Below are positions 30,101-37,405 of a stretch of DNA of 64,000 nucleotides, piece after piece; the first letter of the stretch is position 1; each line of letters starts with the position of its first letter. The position numbers and the translations under genes were made by a program. The stretch covers positions 140,518-204,517 of the forward strand of contig DAOPYQ010000002.1 of assembly GCA_035352955.1 (NCBI GenBank), read 5' to 3'. The stretch comes from Candidatus Omnitrophota bacterium. Its GTDB lineage: Bacteria > Omnitrophota > Omnitrophia > Omnitrophales > Aquincolibacteriaceae. Below the pieces are notes generated by a model. The model was given only the letters and a program-made list of their open reading frames with translations, made no database searches and was not told the origin of the DNA.

Positions 30101-30907
30101 GGCGGCATGGGCGATCAACCCGGCCGCGCGCCGGACCGAACCGGGATGGGGGATCGTCACGCAATCCCTGAAATGCGCCGCAAGACGTTCATACAGCGCG
30201 TTTTCCATGATCCACGGCGTCAACGAAAGCAGGACAGGGCGGGCGCGGCGGAGAGAAAGAACCCGTTCAATGCCTTTCCGGATCGCATCCCCCTGAGACA
30301 AAGAGCACTGTCCATTGATCTCGAAAATAAAATAGGTCCCGTCGATCTCCCGGGGATGCTTGGGCCACATTTGCGAGATCCCAAGCGCCGAATCGGGCGT
30401 CACGCGGATCTCACGCCCGGCGGCAAAGTCAAAGAGATACCGGGTGCTCTCTTCATCGCGAACTGAAAGATACTCCGAAACCTTCAGGCAATGCCGGACA
30501 AATTCTACCGAAACTTCGTCGACTGCCCACGGGCATCCCGGCGCGTTCCAGGCTAAAGGAACGGAAAGACGGGACGCCATCACCCCGGCCCCCAGCCACA
30601 ATCCCGGTAAAGCGGCCACGGACGCCATCTCATTTTGCGCCCAGGAACCGATCCTCCAGGGGACAGTCTGGAGAATATCCCCGCCGCCGATCAGGATCCC
30701 GTCCCAGACCTTATCCTTCGCTTTTTCGAAGGAAAGGATCCGGCAGGCATCCTTCCAGGGAGGCGCCGCATCCTCTGGAGCAATGTGGATCAGCGAAAAA
30801 TCCTTCCCTAAAAAATGCTCCGCAATGTGCGGGAGCAACAGATCGCCGTAACTGTCGTGATTAAAAGCTCCCAGATGGGCGATGGTCTTCATGGTTGGAT
30901 CTTCCAT
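27110..30907 (-). CDS. Giant multidomain enzyme: polysaccharide pyruvyl transferase domain, four tandem WY..PDV..HY..G..EGR modules and two GT2 glycosyltransferase domains
   Basis: 1265 aa. N-terminal HLGAFNHDSYGDLLLPHI…ILIGGGDILQ (PS_pyruv_trans/CsaB-like). GFFDGEWYLTKYPDVARAKRDPLEHYLTHGWREGRLPG, plus three further copies. LLSVLMPVYNPK…IADDASTD (GT2 #1). VSLMILTRNG…IIDNGSDD (GT2 #2). Confidence 0.7.
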   Translation of the reverse strand: MEDPTMKTIAHLGAFNHDSYGDLLLPHIAEHFLGKDFSLIHIAPEDAAPPWKDACRILSFEKAKDKVWDGILIGGGDILQTVPWRIGSWAQNEMASVAALPGLWLGAGVMASRLSVPLAWNAPGCPWAVDEVSVEFVRHCLKVSEYLSVRDEESTRYLFDFAAGREIRVTPDSALGISQMWPKHPREIDGTYFIFEINGQCSLSQGDAIRKGIERVLSLRRARPVLLSLTPWIMENALYERLAAHFRDCVTIPHPGSVRRAAGLIAHAAGYFGNSLHGFITAVSYGIPAIMIPPYPAHKYQSFLGTIGQKETPEKHFLDSWGQLAGIEKVPVPIRLSEEVTAAYRYHWERIRSVLSSGCASKRGEYERLCTRSPRMAEDLLSWGIDGAYLKKHLCFYQQAAAEQQQRAVEFESAAAKSDQEVRSLRDEIQAIRASEDWYFFTVAGRWVPAWMKRLGVWFGKTMGWGLSHTEVIQRSGFFDGEWYLTKYPDVARAKRDPLEHYLTHGWREGRLPGPYFDGVWYLKEYPEVAGAGVNPLEHYLRDGKKKGYRPFPQGKKLCPLLMGINRLRPGKLRNLALRIYGALGDPFLQNLSDMHCVKYSGFFDREWYLKTYSDVARAGRDPLEHYLTIGGTEGRSPSLRFDGGKYLKDYPDVVASGENPLLHYLRKGKKEGRTFEDMTWDVYGYGRWIALYDTLTDETRGRMRRAAEAFKFRPLLSVLMPVYNPKILWLQEAIESVRSQIYPDWELCIADDASTDPEVRTLLERYIKKDPRIKVVFREKNGHISAASNSALQLAEGKWVALLDHDDLLSECALFRVAEVLQQHPETCLIYSDEDKIDEESRRVEPYFKSDWNYDLFLSHNMISHLGVYQTQLLREIGGLRVGMEGSQDYDLALRCLEVIGGDKIRHIPQVLYHWRIHKASEAARSGGSKPYARLAGEKALNEFLQRRKIGARAKMMKDHGYRVRYDLPAPLPFVSLMILTRNGLPLIQKCVKSILRKTLYSHYEILIIDNGSDDPGTLRYLEHLAHNKKIRVIRDGRPFNYSALNNAAVRAAAGELVCFLNNDIEVISSGWLSELVSLAVQPGVGAVGARLWYLDRTLQHGGVILGLGGIASHSHRGLRRGAPGYLGRAELLQSFSAVTAACLMIRKSLFERMGGFNEYDLPIAYNDVDLCIRIREAGYRNVWTPYAELWHREAATRGNDRSPETQTRFISECDYMKKTWGDLLLKDPAYNPNLTLDSADYRLAWPPRGTVEKQCGSSVPANA

Positions 30908-30958
30908 TTCATGGGCTTTATTGGCGTCGCAAAATTCCTGAACAATGTGAGGGGCATT

Positions 30959-32881
30959 CTAGCCCAAAAATCCGCCCCGGGCGAGATAACGTATGATCTG
31001 GTCGGCGGCAATATCCGCGGACAGAACCGCCGTATCCAAGAGTAAGGCGGGAGCTTCAGGGACTTCATAGGGAGCATTCACGCCGGTGAACTCCGTGATC
31101 AAGCCGGCGCGGGCCTTTTCATAGAGGCCCTTCGGGTCTCGCTTCTCGCAGACTTCCACCGGCGCATCAAGAAAAATCTCTATGAATCGGTCCCGTCCGA
31201 TGATCTCCCCGGCTTTGGCCCGGTCCTCCCGGTACGGCGAGATAAACGCCGTGATCACGATCACGCCGGCTTCATTTAAAAGCCGTGCCACTTCGGCCAC
31301 ACGACGGATATTCTCGCTCCGGTCTTGCGGCGAGAACCCGAGGTCCCGATTAAGTCCATGCCTCACATTGTCGCCGTCCAGGACGTAACACAAATGCCCT
31401 GCCGCCATGAGCTTCTTCTCAACTTCATAAGCTACGGTAGATTTCCCGGAACCACTCAGCCCGGTCAGCCACAATGTCGCCGGTTTTTGTTTCAGGAGCC
31501 GTTCCCGCTCCTGATGGGGAACGTCCCCTTCCTGTCGGTGGATCAAAGCGCTTTGAGAAACAGCCGTATCGTCCGGACGAACCATGGAAGACAACCGTCC
31601 CCGTTCAATGATCATACCGGCCGCGACCGTTGCGTGCGTCATCGGATCGATCAGGATGAAACTTCCGGTCTGCCGGTTCCGGGTATATTCATCGCAAAAC
31701 ACGGACCGGAAACACTGCACGGTCACCCGACCGATCTCGTTCAGTTTCAGTTCCGCCGCCTTCTTGCGGCTCAAGGTCCCGGGATCGATCCGGAACGGAA
31801 GACGCGTGATCGAACACTTAAAAAGTTGCGTGGTGTGTTTGATCCAGTAGACTTTTCCGAGAGCAAGCGGCGACGGATCCATCCAGACCAGGATCGATTC
31901 GATTTCGCGGCGGATCTGCGGCAAGTTCCCCGAATGGACCAGCATGTCGCCGCGCGTGATATCGATCTCGTCTTCGAGCGTGACCGTGACCGACTGCGGC
32001 GCGAAAGCGTACGGCACCGCGCCGTCCGGACCGCGAATCGAACGGATGCGCGTCCGCCTCTGGGACGGAAGCGCGAGAACTTCATCCCCTTTCCGGATCA
32101 CTCCCGACGCGATCCGCCCGGCATAACCGCGAAAATCCTGCCCCGGCCTTAACACATATTGCACGGGGAACCGGAGATCGATCAGGTTCCGGTCGCTTAA
32201 GACATGTACGTTCTCAAGATGGTTCAAAAGCGCCGGGCCGTCATACCATTTCATGTGCCGGCTTTTCCGGACGACATTATCGCCTTTCAACGCGCTAACC
32301 GGAATATAGACCGTGTCCGGAACATTGAGCTTTTCCGCGAATCCTTCGAAATCGCGTGCGATCTTCCGGAAAACTTTTTCCGAATAACCCACGAGGTCCA
32401 TTTTATTGACCGCGATCACCATATGTTTGATGCCGAGGAGCGACGCGATGAACGCGTGCCGTTTGGATTGGAGAAGCACGCCCCGCCGCGCATCGATCAG
32501 AATAACGGCAAGGTCCGCCGTGGACGCGCCGGTCGCCATGTTCCGCGTGTACTGTTCGTGCCCCGGCGTGTCCGCAATAATAAAATGCCGTTGGGGGGTT
32601 GAAAAATAGCGGTAGGCAACGTCGATCGTGATCGCCTGCTCGCGTTCGGCTTTCAGACCGTCCATCACGAGCGAAAGATCGAGGGCTTCACGCTTCAGCC
32701 GCGCGGAATCTTTCCGAACCGCGGCCAGCTGGTCCTCATAAAGACCATGCGCCTCGTAAAGCAACCGGCCGATCAGCGTGGATTTTCCATCATCCACGCT
32801 CCCTGCCGTCGAAAACCGCAAGAGATCCGCTTCCCGGCCTTGCTTAAGAACCTTTTCTTTTCTGCGGGAGGCCTTTTTCAT
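30959..32881 (-). CDS. cysNC: Bifunctional sulfate adenylyltransferase subunit 1 / adenylylsulfate (APS) kinase
   Basis: N-terminal GTPase GSVDDGKSTLIGRLL…DTPGHEQY. C-terminal APS kinase P-loop LWLTGLSGSGKSTVA. TGATG overlap with cysD. Confidence 0.9.
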   Translation of the reverse strand: MKKASRRKEKVLKQGREADLLRFSTAGSVDDGKSTLIGRLLYEAHGLYEDQLAAVRKDSARLKREALDLSLVMDGLKAEREQAITIDVAYRYFSTPQRHFIIADTPGHEQYTRNMATGASTADLAVILIDARRGVLLQSKRHAFIASLLGIKHMVIAVNKMDLVGYSEKVFRKIARDFEGFAEKLNVPDTVYIPVSALKGDNVVRKSRHMKWYDGPALLNHLENVHVLSDRNLIDLRFPVQYVLRPGQDFRGYAGRIASGVIRKGDEVLALPSQRRTRIRSIRGPDGAVPYAFAPQSVTVTLEDEIDITRGDMLVHSGNLPQIRREIESILVWMDPSPLALGKVYWIKHTTQLFKCSITRLPFRIDPGTLSRKKAAELKLNEIGRVTVQCFRSVFCDEYTRNRQTGSFILIDPMTHATVAAGMIIERGRLSSMVRPDDTAVSQSALIHRQEGDVPHQERERLLKQKPATLWLTGLSGSGKSTVAYEVEKKLMAAGHLCYVLDGDNVRHGLNRDLGFSPQDRSENIRRVAEVARLLNEAGVIVITAFISPYREDRAKAGEIIGRDRFIEIFLDAPVEVCEKRDPKGLYEKARAGLITEFTGVNAPYEVPEAPALLLDTAVLSADIAADQIIRYLARGGFLG

Positions 32882-33786
32882 CAGAAATATCCTTCCCGTT
32901 TTTTCTGTTCCATGGACGCATCCTGGTCATGGTCGATCAGCCGCGTGATCCGCTCGGAATGATTCACAGCCATGATCTCTTCGATGATCGCGGGCACCGT
33001 CGCCGCCGTCGACCGGACCGCTCCCGTACAGGGATAGCACCCTAGCGTCCGGAACCGGCACATGACTTTTTGCGGCTTTTCACCCTTCCGCAGAGGGACG
33101 GGCCCATCCAGCGGGATCAGCTGTCCTTCCCGGACGATCATCTCGCGAAGCTTGGCAAAATACATGGGAACCACGGGGATCTTTTCCTGATGGATGTACT
33201 GCCAGACATCCAGTTCGATCCAGTTGGAAAGCGGGAACACGCGAATGCTTTCCCCCTGATTGACCTTCGTGTTGTAGAGGTTCCAAAGCTCCGGCCGCTG
33301 GTTCTTCGGGTCCCATTGCCCGAATTCATCGCGAAAGGAAAACACGCGTTCTTTCGCGCGGGATTTTTCTTCATCCCGCCGAGCGCCGCCGAACGCGGCG
33401 TCGAATCCGCCTTCCTTGATCGCGTTCAGAAGCGCCTGCGTCTTCAGGAGCGAGCAACATTTCACCGTCCCCAGGTCCCAGGGATTCGCCCCCTGATCGA
33501 GCGCTTCGCGAAAAATATAGACGCGGAGATCGGCGCCGATCTTCCGGGCGAACCGGTCGCGGAAAGCGATCATCTCCTTGAATTTCATCGTGGTGTCGAC
33601 ATGCAAAAGCGGGAATGGGATCGGCCCGGGAGCGAAGGCTTTCTGCGCGAGACGGACCATGACAGAAGAATCTTTCCCGACCGAATAGAGCATGACCGGG
33701 CGCTCAAAAGACGCGGCCACTTCCCGCAGGATGTGAATACTCTCCGCCTCAAGAAGCCGGAGTTTGCTGAGCCGATAGTTTTCCAT
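32881..33786 (-). CDS. cysD: Sulfate adenylyltransferase subunit 2
   Basis: PAPS-reductase-fold motif [17 protein letters not shown]; 301 aa; translationally coupled to cysNC. Confidence 0.9.
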   Translation of the reverse strand: MENYRLSKLRLLEAESIHILREVAASFERPVMLYSVGKDSSVMVRLAQKAFAPGPIPFPLLHVDTTMKFKEMIAFRDRFARKIGADLRVYIFREALDQGANPWDLGTVKCCSLLKTQALLNAIKEGGFDAAFGGARRDEEKSRAKERVFSFRDEFGQWDPKNQRPELWNLYNTKVNQGESIRVFPLSNWIELDVWQYIHQEKIPVVPMYFAKLREMIVREGQLIPLDGPVPLRKGEKPQKVMCRFRTLGCYPCTGAVRSTAATVPAIIEEIMAVNHSERITRLIDHDQDASMEQKKREGYF

Positions 33787-33815
33787 GATCTCTTACGAGC
33801 CGGAGGAGAGTTCGG

Positions 33816-34676
33816 TTAGAAACTTTTCATTGTCTTGATCAACGTAAAAACCCCGAGAATAATGGTCAGCGTTGCGATAAGTCCCTTGAGGAGCTTCGGG
33901 CTCATGATCTTGACGTTCTTCGCGGCAAGCGGCGTCGCGCAAACCGCCCCGCTGATGATCATGGCCGCCACTCGCCAATCGATGCTGTTTTTTGCCGTCA
34001 GAAGATAGATCGTGACTCCCAAAGCGCAAGTGATGCCCTCCGCCATGGACGTGATCCCGACAGCGTTCTTTCCTTCCACGCCGGAAAGCATTTGTCCGCT
34101 CACCACCAAAGGCCCGTATCCTCCGCCCGTTAGCCCCTTGTTGAAAGACGCCAGCAATCCGAGCCCGACGATCTTTTTCCAGGAATACGCGAATTGTTTA
34201 TTGAAACAGACCACGATCAGGATCCCCATCGCGATCACCATGACACTGATATAGAGGGAAGTCCATTTTTGCGGCAAAACCTTCGCCGTAAAGACCGCGC
34301 CGGACGATCCGAGAATCGTCGCGGACAAGAGCAGAAGAACGACTTTCAGATGAGAAGAGATCTGGATCCCGTACGTGTGGTGATCGGGATTCACCGGCCC
34401 CGGAAGCCGGAGACTGTCTTTCATACGCTGAAAATCCAGGACCTTGAAATGAAAATCCACGTTCCCTTCCCGATGGTGGAACGCGCCCGAAAGAACCCCC
34501 GTGATCAGCTCGGAAAGCAGGACTGCCGGGACGATCTGGATGGGCGTGAAACCGAAAAGCATCAGGACCGGCGTCATGGTCGTACCGTATCCCATCCCTA
34601 GCGTGGAGTCCATGTATTCGCAGCAAAATGCAATGAGAACTATAACGGCGATCATTTGCAATGTTATGTCCGGCAT
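33816..34676 (-). CDS. TSUP (TauE/SafE) family anion permease, probable sulfate/sulfite transporter
   Basis: 8 TM helices with an internal duplication and Gly-rich helices typical of PF01925. Sits immediately upstream of cysD in the same orientation. Confidence 0.65.
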   Translation of the reverse strand: MPDITLQMIAVIVLIAFCCEYMDSTLGMGYGTTMTPVLMLFGFTPIQIVPAVLLSELITGVLSGAFHHREGNVDFHFKVLDFQRMKDSLRLPGPVNPDHHTYGIQISSHLKVVLLLLSATILGSSGAVFTAKVLPQKWTSLYISVMVIAMGILIVVCFNKQFAYSWKKIVGLGLLASFNKGLTGGGYGPLVVSGQMLSGVEGKNAVGITSMAEGITCALGVTIYLLTAKNSIDWRVAAMIISGAVCATPLAAKNVKIMSPKLLKGLIATLTIILGVFTLIKTMKSF

Positions 34677-34736
34677 AATCCCTCCTTATGGGTTAAAGAG
34701 GGATTAGATTATCAAATTTAGAGGGGAGGGTCTAAT

Positions 34737-36476
34737 TCAATCGCTGGAGAGACAGGTCTGGTTCTTGCCGGCAGCTTTGGCTTTGAGGAGGGCTTCCTGG
34801 GCGCGCTCGATGACTTTGTTGGGATTCCGTTCACCCGGCTTCAGGACGGAAACACCGGCGCTGACGCTCACGGAAAAACCCTTGGGGCCGCCCTCGAACG
34901 TCACTTTCTCGATCGCCTTCCGGATACGCTCGGCGATCCCGAATGTCGCCGTCGCAAGATTAAATCCCACGAGCAAAACGATGAATTCTTCATCTCCGTA
35001 CCTTCCTGCCACATCCGGAAGGGCACGTCCCTTCGTGCGGATCGAGTTGTGAATCACTTCGGCAACTTTCTTGAGAACAATGTTTCCCGTCCGGTAACCG
35101 TAAGTATCATTGATCTGTTTAAAATCATCCAGATCGAACAGGATCACCGCGAAAGGCTTCCGGAACGTCTGGGCATAATGCATGGCCTGCGCAAGGAACG
35201 TGGACACATAGCGCATGACATAAAGCCCCGTCAGCTCATCCCGCAACGCAAGATTCAGAAAATAGAGCCGTTCCCGGTACTCAGCGACCCGGGTCAGGAG
35301 AAAGGACAAAAGGAAAAAAGCAAAAACCAGCGTCAGCGGCACCGCCACCCCGAGCCACAATCCGCTCACCGCAAAAACCAGGTACGAGAAAACGATCCAG
35401 ACAAGTCCCAGAACGATCCCCCCGGTCACGGAAAAAACGAGCCGAAAAGGAATGAACAGCCATCCCGCTAGGATCCCGAGGACAAGCAACAGGAAGGCCT
35501 GGAACCAGGGCGACGGCACCCGGATGAATTGCCGGGTCAAGATCGTATTGATGATGTTGCCCACGACGCCGATCCCCGGGCTGCTTTGATCCAAGGGGGT
35601 CATTTTGCTGTCAGAAACCGTTAACCCGATCAAACAGATCTTGCCTTTAATATCTTCCGCACCGATCGAAGCGGGCTGCCCCTTCGTGCCCAGCGCGTAA
35701 CTGTTGAGGATATCGCTGTAGGAATAATAGCCGACGACATCGTTCCATTTTTTCGCCCAATGGATCATCAGGTTGTTCCTGGCATCGCGTGGAAAATCAC
35801 ATTTTTCGGGCGTTGGAACCGGCTTGCCGAGATAATCGTAAGCGACCAGGATCCCGAGGTGCGGCACGAGTTTCTGGTTGAATTTTACAAAAGGATAGAT
35901 CCGGCGAATGACATTGTCCGCGTCCTGGCTGTAATTGATGTGCCCGATCCCCTTGACCTTCCCGCTGAACACCGCGTCAGACTGGTTCACATAATAGTAA
36001 TTCTTGAATCCTTCGGATTCGAAAGAGATCGGCAAGTAGACATTCGGCGTCTTTTGGAGCTCCTCGACAAGCGCCTGATCATCCTCAGCCGCGCCCCCTC
36101 CCTGTGTCAGGAAAAGATTAAAAACGATCGCCTTCGCTCCCCATTCCCTCAGGATCCGCGTCATGGCCGCGTAATACCTTTTCGGCCAGGGGAAAGCCTT
36201 AACGGTCTGGAGGCTTTTTTTGTCGATCCCGATGTAAACGATCCCGGGATCCGTGGCCGGCTGGGGCTGGCGTTTCAAATACTGATCATAAAAATAATTA
36301 TCGACGGGCTGGAAAAAAGGGGCCTTGGAAAAGTTCAGGCAAAGGGCCAGGATCAGGACGAACCCGAGGAGTTGGATCAGCCGGAGCGGCGTGAAGAAAA
36401 CGACAAGCCGGCGCAGAGGCTCCGTCGCGGAACCCCGACGCTTCTGGACAAGACCTTCCGGTGTTTTCGACATAGA
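34737..36476 (-). CDS. CHASE2 sensor domain / GGDEF-domain membrane protein (diguanylate cyclase-like, non-canonical GDEEF active-site motif)
   Basis: Periplasmic CHASE2-like region followed by TM helices. C-terminal GGDEF domain with …DVAGRYGDEEFIVLL (RYG-D-EEF instead of RYGG(D/E)EF). Start taken at MSKTPEG (36476). Confidence 0.65.
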   Translation of the reverse strand, partial: SMSKTPEGLVQKRRGSATEPLRRLVVFFTPLRLIQLLGFVLILALCLNFSKAPFFQPVDNYFYDQYLKRQPQPATDPGIVYIGIDKKSLQTVKAFPWPKRYYAAMTRILREWGAKAIVFNLFLTQGGGAAEDDQALVEELQKTPNVYLPISFESEGFKNYYYVNQSDAVFSGKVKGIGHINYSQDADNVIRRIYPFVKFNQKLVPHLGILVAYDYLGKPVPTPEKCDFPRDARNNLMIHWAKKWNDVVGYYSYSDILNSYALGTKGQPASIGAEDIKGKICLIGLTVSDSKMTPLDQSSPGIGVVGNIINTILTRQFIRVPSPWFQAFLLLVLGILAGWLFIPFRLVFSVTGGIVLGLVWIVFSYLVFAVSGLWLGVAVPLTLVFAFFLLSFLLTRVAEYRERLYFLNLALRDELTGLYVMRYVSTFLAQAMHYAQTFRKPFAVILFDLDDFKQINDTYGYRTGNIVLKKVAEVIHNSIRTKGRALPDVAGRYGDEEFIVLLVGFNLATATFGIAERIRKAIEKVTFEGGPKGFSVSVSAGVSVLKPGERNPNKVIERAQEALLKAKAAGKNQTCLSSD

Positions 36477-36662
36477 CACGCCCTTATGGTAAAACTCTAA
36501 GCAGAACAGGTCAATAGAAGTAACGACCATCTACGGCCAAACCTGACAAAAAATCTCTTCATCTTCTGAAAAAACCACGGCTCAGAGCCTCGTCTGAAAA
36601 ATATCCGGTAACCTTTTAAGATTCTCACGGTATAATCCTTTTCCCTAAAGGAGGGATTAATC

Positions 36663-37367
36663 GTGATAAGAAAAGAATGGTTTCGTCCTAAAAAGTTGCG
36701 CGTCCTGCTGGCGTGGATCGGAGCTCCGCTGCTCATCTATTTTTCCAGAATGACCGACTTCAGTTACCGGTGGGGTGCCGTGCTCATGATCCTCGGCGAA
36801 TTGATCCGCATCTGGTCCCTCGGCTTCATGGAAAAAAAAGAAGCGAAACTCGCCACAAGCGGCCCTTATGCCTTTGTCCGCAACCCTCTCTATATAGGAA
36901 ATTTCTTCCTGGGACTCGGCGTCATTGTCATCACCGCCAACTGGATCATGACACTCGTCTTCCTCATCGGCTTTTTTGCGATCTACCTGGGAACGATCCG
37001 CCATGAGGAAGAGGCCCTCCGGAAATTGCTCGGGAAACCTTATGAAGAGTATTGCAAAAACGTCCCCGCATTATTCCCCCGGCTGACACCTTACGTAGCG
37101 CCGGAAAAAACGTCTTTTGACTGGAAGCGCGCTTTCAAACACCACGAGTACGTCACGCTCCTCGGGGTCGCCCTGGCCCTGTGCGGCATCCATCTTTACG
37201 ACGAACTGCTGATCGAGAAAGACACCGTCGTCTCACAGTCGGGACTGATCGCCGTCATTTCGATCCTCGGCCTCATGCTCGCGTTCGAACGGTTGTTCAT
37301 CAGCAACTTCAATAAAATGTTCGCGGAAGGGCTCCCCAATCTTTTTCACAAAAAAAGCAATAAGTGA
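36663..37367 (+). CDS. Isoprenylcysteine carboxyl methyltransferase (ICMT)/phospholipid methyltransferase family membrane protein
   Basis: SGPYAFVRNPLYIGNFF motif and multi-TM topology. Confidence 0.6.
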   Translation: MIRKEWFRPKKLRVLLAWIGAPLLIYFSRMTDFSYRWGAVLMILGELIRIWSLGFMEKKEAKLATSGPYAFVRNPLYIGNFFLGLGVIVITANWIMTLVFLIGFFAIYLGTIRHEEEALRKLLGKPYEEYCKNVPALFPRLTPYVAPEKTSFDWKRAFKHHEYVTLLGVALALCGIHLYDELLIEKDTVVSQSGLIAVISILGLMLAFERLFISNFNKMFAEGLPNLFHKKSNK

Positions 37368-37405
37368 TTGACCAACGCTCCGGGGAAAAAATATAATCCC
37401 TTATC

